Shown here: piece by piece, positions 29,258 through 38,646 of the stretch
Numbering within the stretch: position 1 is the first letter of the stretch
How the letters are laid out: each line of letters starts with the position of its first letter
Position numbers and translations under genes: made by a program
DNA from: Blastocatellia bacterium
GTDB lineage: Bacteria > Acidobacteriota > Blastocatellia > UBA7656
Length of the DNA: 64,000 bases
Reading direction: 5' to 3'
Assembly: GCA_046565505.1 (NCBI GenBank)
Contig: JBKHYJ010000015.1
Span: 13,600 to 77,599, forward strand
Notes under the pieces: model-generated
What the model was told of the DNA's origin: nothing
The model's database searches: none
The model's input: only the letters and a program-made list of their open reading frames with translations

Positions 29258-32200
29258 ATGACGCGCGCGCCGATGCCTCCGAAAGAAGAAGCGAGACTTG
29301 AGGCGCTGCGCCAGTACTGCATCCGCGACATCAAGCCTGAGGGGCCGATTGATGAGCTTGCCCGCCTCGCGGCGCAGATCTGCGCCGCACCCGTCGCCCT
29401 GCTAGGCATAGTCGAGGCGGACCGCGTCTGGTACAGGTCGAAGTCGGGCACGAGGTCCGCGGCCGTTGACAGGGATAAGGCATTCTGCTCCTGGGCCATC
29501 CTTCAGCCGGGCCTGTTCGTCATCAAAGACGCATCAAAGGACCCGAGATTCAAAGACAACCCGCTCGTCGCCGGCGAGCCTAAGATTCGGTTCTACGCCG
29601 CCGCGCCCCTCGTGACGCCCGAAGGCCACGCGCTCGGAACCCTGTGCGTCATCGACTATAAGCCTAGAGAGTTGAGCGCGCCGCAGGAGATGGCGCTACG
29701 CACGCTAGCCGGCGCCGCCGTCCACCACCTCGAACTCAGGCGACACGAGAAGGAGCTTCAGCAGGCGAAGGCCGACCACAAGCGGGCGCTCGACGCGCTG
29801 GCTGCCAGCGAGGAGCGTTATAACCTGATAGCGCGCAGCGCCAACGACGGGCTGTGGGACTGGAACCTGGAGACGAATGAGATCCGCTTCTGCCCCCGCT
29901 GGAAGGCGATGCTCGGGTACAAAGAGGACGAGATCGGCGCGCGGCCCGACGAGTGGTTCAACCGCGTTCACCCGGAAGACATTGAGCAGGTGCAGGAAGA
30001 GGTCACGGCTCACCTGCTCGGGCTGCGGCCGCAATTTCACAAAGAGTACCGCATGCGTAGGCAGGACGGCAGCTACCGCTGGATGCTGACGCGGGGCATG
30101 GCCGTGTGGGATTTCGACAGGCAGGTCTACCGCATGGCAGGCTCGGTCACCGACGTGACCGAGAACAAAGAGGCCGAGCAGCGCCTACTGCACAACGCGA
30201 CGCACGACGTTTTGACGGGCCTGCCCAACCGCGCGCTGTTTATGGACAGGCTGAAGCTGTTGTTTGACAGGGCGCGGCAGGACGGCGGCAACCTGTTCGC
30301 CGTCCTCTTCCTCGACCTCGACCGCTTCAAGATAGTCAACGACAGCCTCGGCCACCAGATAGGTGACCAGTTGTTAGTCTGCCTGGCGCGCCGCCTGGAA
30401 GCCTCGCTCCGCCCCGGCGACATCGTGGCGCGGCTGGGCGGCGACGAGTTCGCGATCATACTTGACGACCTCAACCACATCAGCGACGCGACGCAGGCCG
30501 CCGAGCGCATACACAAAGAACTGTGCGCGCCGTTCAACCTGAGCGGGCATGAGGTCTTCGCCTCCGTGAGCATAGGCATCGCCCACAGCGACACGCCATA
30601 CGAGCGCCCGGAAGACTTCATCCGAAACGCGGACACGGCGATGTACCGCGCCAAGGACCAGGGCAGGGGCAGGTTCGAGCTATTCGACAAAGGCATGCAC
30701 GTGCGCGCGGTGGCGCTGCTCGAGCTTGAGACGGACCTGAGGCGTGCGCTCGCGCGCGACGAGTTCTGCCTTCACTACCAGCCCATCGTCTCGATAGAGA
30801 ATTGGAGGATCGTCGGATTTGAAGCCCTGCTGCGGTGGCAGCACCCCGAACAGGGTTTCGTTTCTCCCACCAAGTTCGTCCCCGTGGCCGAGGAGACGGG
30901 CCTGATAAACCAGATCGGCCAGTGGGTGTTTCGCGAGGCCTGCAAGCAGCTGCGCGCGTGGCAGATTCAATTCCCGTCGGACCCGCCGCTGACGGTCAGC
31001 GTCAACCTCTCGGCCAAGCAGTTCTCCCACCCGGCCCTCATCGAAGAGATCGAGCAGGCGCTCGCGGAAACCGGCGTCTCCCCGAGCAGCCTCAAGATCG
31101 AAATCACGGAGGGCGCGATCATAGAGAACGTGGAAGTCGCGACGGACATACTGCGGCAGCTCAAGGCGCTCGGCATACGAATCTCGCTCGATGATTTCGG
31201 GACGGGGTATTCGAGCCTGAGCTACCTGCACCGCTTCCCGATAGACACGCTGAAGATAGACAGGTCATTCGTCACCCGCATGAGCATGCCCAAGAACTCC
31301 GAGATCGTCCGCACCATCATCACGCTGGCGGTCAACCTCGGCATGGACGTGATCGCCGAAGGCGTAGAGACGCGCGAGCAGATAATCCTGCTCACCGGGT
31401 TGAACTGCGAATACGTGCAGGGCTTCTTGCTGTCGAAGCCCGTCGATGGCAAGACCATGATGGAGTTGATAGAGCAGACGTACCAGAAGGGGTTGAATGA
31501 ACATGCGGAAGCGGTCTCGCGCGCTTTCGCGTCGCCGGCCGGGCTCGAAAAGGGGCTCGATTATGAGAAGGGGCTGACTCTAATGACTCCAGACCTGCCC
31601 GCGTTAGAGCCCGAAGGCCCGCTGGAATATCAGCCAGGTCTTGCCGCTGCAAACAGCTCCGGCTACGGGTTGCCCGAATCCCCGGCGCCAAGACGGCAGG
31701 GGCCCGTGCGCGCCGCGGAGCAGCCTGTGCCCGTAGAGTCCCCCGATAGATCGATGAGCAAGAACCGCCGCAGGTGCGAGCGATTCAAGTTGTCGCTGCC
31801 TGCGCGCGTGACGGGGTACGACCGAAAGACAGGAAAGTGGACGGAGACGGGCCAGACGGCCGACGTGAGCCGGGTGGGCGCGACCCTCAGCCTGGGCAGG
31901 CGCGTGCGCCACGGCAGCATAATACATCTGACGTTGCCGCTACCGCCTAAGCTGCGCACGCACGGCCACTCCGAGTCGAGCTACAGAGTCTACGCGATAG
32001 TCAGGCGCGTAGAGCCGCCGCGGGACGGAATAAGAATGATCGGCCTCGAATTCGTGGGCGAAAACCCCCCGGCCGGTTACCAGGAAAAGCCGTGGGCGCT
32101 ATTCCACAGCAGGAGGTGGACCGGGGCCGGGCGCAGGCGAGAGCCCAGGGAAGACAAGATGGAGGCGGTCACGATTGAGTACCTCACCGAGGGCATGGAG

Positions 32201-32431
32201 TCGCTCGGGCAGGAGCCCGCGCTCTCGGAGAACCGCAGCCGGAGCGGCATGCGTATCCTGCTTCAGAACGCGGCCCCCGATTTCGACATGTTGAGGATAT
32301 ACGGCCCGGAGCCTAACGCCGAGAAGATCGCGGCCGTGTGCAACCGCTACACGGGCAGCGACGGCTTCGAGCGGCTGTGCCTTCGATTCACGGGCAGAAG
32401 GGAAGCGGCGGCGGCCGTCTCCGCAGGTTAG
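29258..32431 (+). CDS. multidomain c-di-GMP protein: GAF - PAS - GGDEF - EAL - PilZ(-like) C-terminus
   Basis: An intact GGDEF motif (RLGGDEFAII), an intact EAL motif (GFEALLRWQHPE, plus the DDFGTGYSSL loop), a PAS region (DGLWDWNLETNEIRF) and a C-terminal PilZ signature (RRRCERFKL ... DVSRVGATLSLG). ORF 29171..32431, trimmed to the ATG at 29258. Confidence 0.85.
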   Translation: MTRAPMPPKEEARLEALRQYCIRDIKPEGPIDELARLAAQICAAPVALLGIVEADRVWYRSKSGTRSAAVDRDKAFCSWAILQPGLFVIKDASKDPRFKDNPLVAGEPKIRFYAAAPLVTPEGHALGTLCVIDYKPRELSAPQEMALRTLAGAAVHHLELRRHEKELQQAKADHKRALDALAASEERYNLIARSANDGLWDWNLETNEIRFCPRWKAMLGYKEDEIGARPDEWFNRVHPEDIEQVQEEVTAHLLGLRPQFHKEYRMRRQDGSYRWMLTRGMAVWDFDRQVYRMAGSVTDVTENKEAEQRLLHNATHDVLTGLPNRALFMDRLKLLFDRARQDGGNLFAVLFLDLDRFKIVNDSLGHQIGDQLLVCLARRLEASLRPGDIVARLGGDEFAIILDDLNHISDATQAAERIHKELCAPFNLSGHEVFASVSIGIAHSDTPYERPEDFIRNADTAMYRAKDQGRGRFELFDKGMHVRAVALLELETDLRRALARDEFCLHYQPIVSIENWRIVGFEALLRWQHPEQGFVSPTKFVPVAEETGLINQIGQWVFREACKQLRAWQIQFPSDPPLTVSVNLSAKQFSHPALIEEIEQALAETGVSPSSLKIEITEGAIIENVEVATDILRQLKALGIRISLDDFGTGYSSLSYLHRFPIDTLKIDRSFVTRMSMPKNSEIVRTIITLAVNLGMDVIAEGVETREQIILLTGLNCEYVQGFLLSKPVDGKTMMELIEQTYQKGLNEHAEAVSRAFASPAGLEKGLDYEKGLTLMTPDLPALEPEGPLEYQPGLAAANSSGYGLPESPAPRRQGPVRAAEQPVPVESPDRSMSKNRRRCERFKLSLPARVTGYDRKTGKWTETGQTADVSRVGATLSLGRRVRHGSIIHLTLPLPPKLRTHGHSESSYRVYAIVRRVEPPRDGIRMIGLEFVGENPPAGYQEKPWALFHSRRWTGAGRRREPREDKMEAVTIEYLTEGMESLGQEPALSENRSRSGMRILLQNAAPDFDMLRIYGPEPNAEKIAAVCNRYTGSDGFERLCLRFTGRREAAAAVSAG

Positions 32432-32804
32432 CCCCCGCCGCCCGGCAAGAGGTGTCGGGAGGAAGATAGAAAAAACTCGCGCCCTGTCACCACCACATCA
32501 TCCAGTAGCCTTCCCGTTACGCCTTCCCAACTAATCCGGCAGTCACGCGAGGCACGCCGGCAAGCGTCGGCCCCGCCTCATTCTTTGTCGCCGCCCGCGG
32601 GGGTAGCTCCGCGCGGCGTACGGCCGGTGGCCCCGCGTAACTTTAAGCTGTATGATTGAATCAATCGGGCCATTTACTGATCCGTGCCCGAGGTGGACGC
32701 GCATCATAATTGAAGCGATGAGACGCTACCCCATTCGGCCGCGCCCGGCCGCATCAAGTGGCACCCGCCACGTCCCGGATAATTCTCACCCGAGGCTAAT
32801 CGAT

Positions 32805-33665
32805 ATGGTTGAAAAAAAGAAGGAGACAGACTCCGCCCCCCACGGGCCGAGCCTCGACGAGCGCCAGGAGCGAATGGCCGAAGAGCGCAGCTCGGCCAAC
32901 GCGCACATCATTCACGAGGTGATACGAAAAGACGGCGAAGAAGAGTTACGCCGGACGACTTCAAGCCTGGCCTGGTCCGGCTTGGCCGCGGGACTCTCGA
33001 TGGGTTTTTCGCTCGTCGCCGAAGGCTTAATTCACTCGCACCTGCCGGACGCGCCCTGGCGGCCCATGCTCACGAAGCTCGGCTATAGCGTAGGGTTCCT
33101 CATCGTCGTGCTCGGGCGGCAGCAGTTGTTCACGGAGAACACGCTTACCCCCATAATACCGCTGCTCTCCCGGCGCGACGCCGCCACTTTCAAAAACGTC
33201 TTGAGGCTCTGGGGGGTCGTCCTCGCGGCCAACCTCGTGGGCGCCGCCCTGTTCGCGTGGGTGATAGGCCGCACGGAGGCCTTCAGCCCGGAGGCCCGCC
33301 ATAGCTTCGGCGAAATAGGGCGCGAGGCGATGGAAGGCGGCTTCGGAAAGATAATGCTGGAAGGCGTCTTCGCAGGGTGGCTGATAGCCCTGATGGTGTG
33401 GCTGCTCGCCGGCGCGAAATCGGGCCTCGTATCGATCATCGTCATAATAACATATCTTGTGGGGCTGGCAGGCTTGAGCCACATCATAGCCGGCTCAGTC
33501 GAGGCGATTTACCTCGTGGTGACCGGGGCCCAGTCCGCGGCCCGCGCCGCGCTCGGCTACATCATCCCCGCGCTTCTGGGCAACATCCTGGGCGGCGTGT
33601 CGCTCGTCGCCGCGCTCAACCATGCGCAGGTCGTCGCGGGGGGCGGCAAGAACGAAGAGGGCTGA
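32805..33665 (+). CDS. formate/nitrite transporter (FNT) family channel
   Basis: FNT signature LGRQQLFTENTL and six TM helices. ORF 32652..33665, trimmed to the Met before a charged N-terminus. Confidence 0.75.
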   Translation: MVEKKKETDSAPHGPSLDERQERMAEERSSANAHIIHEVIRKDGEEELRRTTSSLAWSGLAAGLSMGFSLVAEGLIHSHLPDAPWRPMLTKLGYSVGFLIVVLGRQQLFTENTLTPIIPLLSRRDAATFKNVLRLWGVVLAANLVGAALFAWVIGRTEAFSPEARHSFGEIGREAMEGGFGKIMLEGVFAGWLIALMVWLLAGAKSGLVSIIVIITYLVGLAGLSHIIAGSVEAIYLVVTGAQSAARAALGYIIPALLGNILGGVSLVAALNHAQVVAGGGKNEEG

Positions 33666-33914
33666 GGTACGCTCTTTGATACCCGGTCGTCGTGCGGTCG
33701 TGCTAGAGGCCAACAGCGGGTTCAGCGTCATGCCGCGCGCAGGTAGCGAGTCGAACTCGGCGCTCGCCCATGTCGCCGAGCGCGAATCGCGGGCGGATTA
33801 ACCACACACTTCAAAGCCATTATGTCCCAGCTATCTTGTCCCATCGGTCAGGCAATATTACGCATAAAGTCGGCATGGACGGCACAATGAGGTGTTGAAA
33901 TGCGTGTCTCACCC

Positions 33915-33930
33915 CGGCACAAAGGTTGCA
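33915..33930 (+). promoter_or_regulatory. sigma-54 (RpoN)-type -24/-12 promoter element upstream of xoxF
   Basis: cGGCACaaaggTTGCa matches TGGCAC-N5-TTGC(A/T) with the correct GG/GC spacing. It lies about 200 nt upstream of the xoxF start. Confidence 0.45.
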
Positions 33931-34126
33931 AAGCGCAAATCATGCATCACAACACTACTCTTGGTTTAATTCAGAGCGGTACGATACCTGGCGTATGAGC
34001 GCAGATATGGCTGACCGGCTGGCCGGGCGATTCGCGGTCAAAGTAAACATCTCCGTCCGAGGGTGATTCGCGCCGACGCATTGAATGATAGCCAAGGGGC
34101 CGGGTGTCTGCTATGAGAGCCGCGTT

Positions 34127-35998
34127 ATGAAAAGAATAAGGCTGGCTTCGTCTTTGACCTGTAATCTGTTCCTTATCACCGCAATCCTGTGCGCGCTTTT
34201 ATTGCCTATGGCGTGCTCGGACAAGCCTTCCGCGCAGCAGGTGCAACAGCAGCCGCCGACCGGCGCGCCCGCCGAGCAGCGGGCCGGGATGCCGCCCGGC
34301 TCGGCGGCCGAAGATGGCCAGTGGGTCATGCCCGCGAAGGATTACGCGAGCACGCGCTACAGCGGGCTTGACGAGATCAACGCGGATAACGTGAAGAACC
34401 TGAAAGTCGCCTGGACGTTTTCCACCGGGCTGGTGAACGGGCACGAGGCGGCCCCGCTGGTCGTGGGCGATACGATGTATGTCGTCACGCCGTTCCCGAA
34501 TTACCTCTACGCCCTGGACCTCACGCAGCCGGGCGCGCCCGTGAAGTGGAAGTACGACCCTAAGCCCGCCGCGGCCGCGCAAGGCGTCGCCTGTTGCGAC
34601 CTCGTCAACAGGGGGTGCGCCTACTCCAACGGCAAAATCTATTACAACACGCTCGATAATCACACGGTGTGCGTTGACGCGGGGACGGGCAAAGAAGTCT
34701 GGAAGACGAAACTGGGCGACATCAACCTGGGCGAGTCGATGACCATGGCGCCGCTCGTCGTGAAGGATAAGGTCCTGGTCGGCAACAGCGGCGGCGAATT
34801 CGGCGTGCGTGGCTGGCTCACGGCCGTCGACGCCAACACGGGCCAGATTGCCTGGAGGGCATACCACACGGGGCCCGATTCGGATTGCCTGATAGGGGCG
34901 AACTTCAGGCCGTATTACGAGCAGGACCGCGGGAAAGACCTGGGCGTTTCTTCCTGGCCCCCGGACGCCTGGAAGACGGGCGGGGCCGGGACATGGGGGT
35001 GGATTTCTTACGACCCGCAGATGAATCTGATCTACTACGGCACGGCCAACCCCGGCCCCTGGAACCCGGACCAGCGGCCCGGCGATAACAAGTGGACGTC
35101 GGGCATCTTCGCCCGCAACCCGGACAACGGCGAGGCCGTCTGGTTCTACCAGTGGAGCCCGCATGACTTGCACGATTACGATGGCATCAACGAGCAGATA
35201 CTGGTCGAGCTGCCTATCAACGGGCAGACTCGCAAAGTGCTGCTCAGGCCCGAGCGCAACGGTTACGTGTACGTGCTCGACCGCGCCACGGGCGAGGTGC
35301 TTTCGGCCACGCCTTTCGCCTACATCACTACGTCGAAAGGCGTGGACCTGAAGACGGGGCGGCTGATCTACAACGAAGAGACGAAGCCCGAAGTCGGCAA
35401 GGTGGTCCGCAACATCTGCCCCTTCTCGCCGGGGGCGAAGGACTGGCAGCCGTCCGCCTTCTCGCCCAGGACCGGGCTGCTCTACATCCCCGCGAGCAAC
35501 TGCTGCGAAGACGTCGAAAGCGTCGAGGCAAATTACATAGCGGGGACCCCGTTCGTCGGGATGAACGTGAAGATGTACGCGGGGCCGGGCGGCAACCGCG
35601 GCGAGTTCATCGGCTGGGACCCGGTGGGGCAGAAAAAAGTCTGGGGGATCAAAGAGAACTTCCCCGTCTGGAGCGGGGTGTGCGCGACGGCCGGCGACGT
35701 CGCTTTCTATGGCACTATGGACGGCTGGTTCAAGGCGGTCCATGCGCGCACGGGCGACGTGCTGTGGCAGTTCAAAGTCGGCTCGGGCATCATCGGCCAG
35801 CCGATCACCTACCGCGGGCCGGACGGCAAGCAGTACGTGGCGGTACTTTCCGGCGTCGGCGGGTGGCCCGGCGCGATTGTTTCCGTAGGGCTTGATCCGC
35901 GCGATCAGACGGCCGGCCTCGGGTTCGCGGCCGCGATGTCTGACCTGCCGGATTACTCGACCAGGGGCGGCATGCTTTACGTCTTCTCGCTGCCCTAG
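34127..35998 (+). CDS. xoxF: PQQ-dependent alcohol (methanol/ethanol) dehydrogenase, lanthanide-type (XoxF/ExaF/PedH-like)
   Basis: An eight-bladed PQQ propeller with the vicinal Cys pair (VACCDLVNRG), the catalytic Asp, and an additional Asp two residues later (HDLHDYDGIN, the DYD motif). Signal peptide. Confidence 0.85.
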   Translation: MKRIRLASSLTCNLFLITAILCALLLPMACSDKPSAQQVQQQPPTGAPAEQRAGMPPGSAAEDGQWVMPAKDYASTRYSGLDEINADNVKNLKVAWTFSTGLVNGHEAAPLVVGDTMYVVTPFPNYLYALDLTQPGAPVKWKYDPKPAAAAQGVACCDLVNRGCAYSNGKIYYNTLDNHTVCVDAGTGKEVWKTKLGDINLGESMTMAPLVVKDKVLVGNSGGEFGVRGWLTAVDANTGQIAWRAYHTGPDSDCLIGANFRPYYEQDRGKDLGVSSWPPDAWKTGGAGTWGWISYDPQMNLIYYGTANPGPWNPDQRPGDNKWTSGIFARNPDNGEAVWFYQWSPHDLHDYDGINEQILVELPINGQTRKVLLRPERNGYVYVLDRATGEVLSATPFAYITTSKGVDLKTGRLIYNEETKPEVGKVVRNICPFSPGAKDWQPSAFSPRTGLLYIPASNCCEDVESVEANYIAGTPFVGMNVKMYAGPGGNRGEFIGWDPVGQKKVWGIKENFPVWSGVCATAGDVAFYGTMDGWFKAVHARTGDVLWQFKVGSGIIGQPITYRGPDGKQYVAVLSGVGGWPGAIVSVGLDPRDQTAGLGFAAAMSDLPDYSTRGGMLYVFSLP

Positions 35999-36847
35999 AT
36001 GGGGTGGGACACATTGCCGTATAGCAACAGGCGGGCGCGGGCGGCCGTTTCGCTATTCGCGCTGACGACGTTCTTACTCTCTACCCCTTCGTGCGCTCAC
36101 AAAGGGCAGGTCGGCGCCGCGCGGCAGCTGCGCGTGTGCGCGGACCCGAATAACCTCCCGTTCTCCAACGAGCGGATGGAAGGGTTCGAGAACAAGATCG
36201 CCGACTTATTAGCTCATGAAATGAACGCGGGGGTCGCCTACACGTGGTGGGCGCAGCGGCGCGGCTTCATCAGGAACACGCTGAAGGACTGCAAGTGCGA
36301 CCTCGTGATGGGCGTGCCGAGCAGCTTCGAGCTTGCGCTCACGACCAGCCCCTACTACCGCTCCACCTACGTCTTCGTCTACAGGAAAGACCGCGGGGTG
36401 AGCGTGCGTTCTTTCGACGACCCCATCCTGCGCAAGGTCAAAGTGGGCGTCCAGATGATCGGCGACGATTACGCGAACGCGCCGCCCGCGCATGCGCTCT
36501 CGAAGCGCGGGATCATCCAGAATGTGAAGGGCTACACGGTGTATGGCGACTACTCGCAGGACAACCCCCCCGCGAGGATCATAGACGCGCTCATCAACGG
36601 CGAGATCGACGTGGCTATCGTGTGGGGGCCGCTCGCGGGCTACTTCGCGAAGCGCGCCGCCGTGCCGGTCGAGATCGTCCCGGTCTCGCCGCAGATCGAC
36701 CGGCCGTTCCTCCCCTTCGTCTATGACATCTCTATGGGGGTCAGGCGGGGGGAAGACGCATTCAAGGAGGAGCTGGAGAGCATACTAGAGCGGAAGCGGC
36801 CGGAGATCGAGAGCATACTCGACGAATACGGAGTGCCGCGACTTTAA
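35999..36847 (+). CDS. xoxJ: quinoprotein dehydrogenase-associated periplasmic substrate-binding protein (XoxJ/MxaJ-like, SBP family 3)
   Basis: Directly abuts the xoxF stop. It has a signal peptide and SBP3 fold motifs (RVCADPNNLPFSN ... IDVAIVWGPLAGYFA). Confidence 0.7.
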   Translation: MGWDTLPYSNRRARAAVSLFALTTFLLSTPSCAHKGQVGAARQLRVCADPNNLPFSNERMEGFENKIADLLAHEMNAGVAYTWWAQRRGFIRNTLKDCKCDLVMGVPSSFELALTTSPYYRSTYVFVYRKDRGVSVRSFDDPILRKVKVGVQMIGDDYANAPPAHALSKRGIIQNVKGYTVYGDYSQDNPPARIIDALINGEIDVAIVWGPLAGYFAKRAAVPVEIVPVSPQIDRPFLPFVYDISMGVRRGEDAFKEELESILERKRPEIESILDEYGVPRL

Positions 36848-37005
36848 GGGACGGTGAGCGCGGAACGATGAACGACGAGGCGGAAGACGATGAGCCGGGA
36901 GGGCGTGGGTTTCGAATCGCTAACCGCGAATCGGAAACAGGGGGGCCGCGGCCCCGCCATCCCGCTCCCGTCGCCGCGCTTTCGCCGTCCGATTCGGGGG
37001 AGAAG

Positions 37006-37560
37006 ATGCGTTTTACAAGAAGTGTCTCGGTAACGCTGTGCGCCCTCTCGGTCGCCCTGGCCTTCGCTTCCTGCGAGAGGGAGCGGCGCGAGTTCAAAGG
37101 GTCGCCCCCGCCGGTCACCCCGGTCAACGACGTGCGGCAGAGCGAGCTGCGGCCCGGGCCGCCCATGCCCGACAACAGGGCCGAAGCCCCCTACGTGGAC
37201 AACGCCTACGCCATGTCTGAAGGCAAGCGGCTCTTTGAATCGATGAACTGCGTGGGGTGCCACGCGCACGGGGGAGGGGCCATCGGGCCGCCGCTGATCG
37301 ACGAGAAGTGGATTTATGGCGCCAGCCCGGAGAACATCTACGCCACCATCGTGGAGGGCCGGCCCAACGGCATGCCCGCATTCGCGGACAAGATCCCGAA
37401 TGATCAAATCTGGCAGATCGTCGCCTACGTGCGCTCTCTGAATGGGATGGCGTCAAAGGACGCCGCCCCGAGCAGGAGCGATCACATGCAGGCAAAGCCC
37501 GCCGAGCAGTCCACCAAACAAGAGCCCCTCAGGACTCAGAGGGCCGAGCACAAGCCGTGA
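37006..37560 (+). CDS. lipoprotein class-I c-type cytochrome (candidate electron acceptor for the dehydrogenase / donor to caa3 oxidase)
   Basis: CVGCHAHGG heme-binding site with a downstream Met ligand (NGMPAF) and a lipobox (LAFASCE). ORF 36868..37560, trimmed to the ATG at 37006, which follows a GGGGGAGAAG RBS. Confidence 0.7.
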   Translation: MRFTRSVSVTLCALSVALAFASCERERREFKGSPPPVTPVNDVRQSELRPGPPMPDNRAEAPYVDNAYAMSEGKRLFESMNCVGCHAHGGGAIGPPLIDEKWIYGASPENIYATIVEGRPNGMPAFADKIPNDQIWQIVAYVRSLNGMASKDAAPSRSDHMQAKPAEQSTKQEPLRTQRAEHKP

Positions 37561-37563
37561 ACG

Positions 37564-38646
37564 TTGTCTGTGACCACAGATGAGCGGAGGGAAGAGATGA
37601 AGGCGGACGATCACAACTCATGGAGGGGCCGCGGCGGGCGGGCGGCTTGTGGGCCGGGGGCGACGCACCTGTGTTTACCGCCCGCGGCTTGCCTCCACCT
37701 GTGGCCCCACTCCGCGCTCGACCCCGCCGGGCCGCAGGCGGGCAGGATCAGCCACGTCTGGTGGGTGATGTTCGTCGTCAGCGTAATCGTTTTCGCCCTG
37801 GTGATCATGTTTTTATTCTTCGCCATCTACCGCGCGCGGCGCAGGGAAGCGCCCGCCGCCGAGCCGGAGGCCCGCCGAAAGATGACGCGGGCGGTGGTGG
37901 CCGCGACCGTTTTGACTACGGTCATCTTGTTCGGGCTTCTGGTCGATGATGTCATAGTGGGGAGGGCGCTATCTTCGCTGCCCGCCCATAACGACCTCGC
38001 AATCGAAGTGGTAGGGCACCAGTGGTGGTGGGAAGTGAGGTACCCTCATGAGGACCCCAGCCAGAGCTTCACGACGGCCAACGAGATACACATCCCCGTC
38101 GGCAGGTCCGTCATGCTGACGCTCACGTCGCGCGACGTTATTCACAGCTTCTGGGTGCCGAACCTGCACGGCAAGAAAGACCTCATCCCAGGTCACATGA
38201 ATACCATGTGGGTTCAAGCCGACAGCCCCGGCGTCTATCGCGGCCAGTGCGCGGAATTCTGCGGATACCAGCACGCGCACATGGCGCTGGTCGTCGTGGC
38301 CGAACCGGAAGAGCAATTCGACGCCTGGTACGACCGGCAGCGCTCGCCGGCGGTTCAGCCGACAGACCCTCAGCAGGCGAGGGGGCAACAGGTCTTCCTA
38401 TCGTCGCGCTGCGTCATGTGTCACAGGGTCGTGGGCACGCCGGCGGGCTCTATCGTCGGGCCCGACCTCACGCACGTCGGCGGCAGGCAAGAGATTGCCG
38501 CGGGCGCGTTACCTAACACGCGCGATCACCTGGCCAGGTGGGTCGTAGACTCGCAGGAGGTGAAGCCTGGCAACCGGATGCCCCCTAATAACTTCAGCCC
38601 CGAAGACCTCGACGCGATGCTAGCTTACCTGGAGGGCTTGAAATGA
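37564..38646 (+). CDS. coxB: cytochrome c oxidase subunit II with C-terminal cytochrome c domain (caa3-type)
   Basis: A CuA site (H...CAEFCGYQHAHM) and a C-terminal CVMCH heme c site. The true N-terminal start is uncertain. Confidence 0.8.
   Translation: MSVTTDERREEMKADDHNSWRGRGGRAACGPGATHLCLPPAACLHLWPHSALDPAGPQAGRISHVWWVMFVVSVIVFALVIMFLFFAIYRARRREAPAAEPEARRKMTRAVVAATVLTTVILFGLLVDDVIVGRALSSLPAHNDLAIEVVGHQWWWEVRYPHEDPSQSFTTANEIHIPVGRSVMLTLTSRDVIHSFWVPNLHGKKDLIPGHMNTMWVQADSPGVYRGQCAEFCGYQHAHMALVVVAEPEEQFDAWYDRQRSPAVQPTDPQQARGQQVFLSSRCVMCHRVVGTPAGSIVGPDLTHVGGRQEIAAGALPNTRDHLARWVVDSQEVKPGNRMPPNNFSPEDLDAMLAYLEGLK

Noticed and set aside
33666-34126. Crp/FNR or other palindromic operator in the xoxF leader
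   Set aside because: There is no clean TTGAT-N4-ATCAA or TGTGA-N6-TCACA palindrome. Only the sigma-54-like element is convincing.
34199-35743. 514-aa minus-strand ORF
   Set aside because: It lies entirely antisense to xoxF, a long open frame expected by chance in 68% GC DNA. Its composition is dominated by Arg, Pro and Ala.
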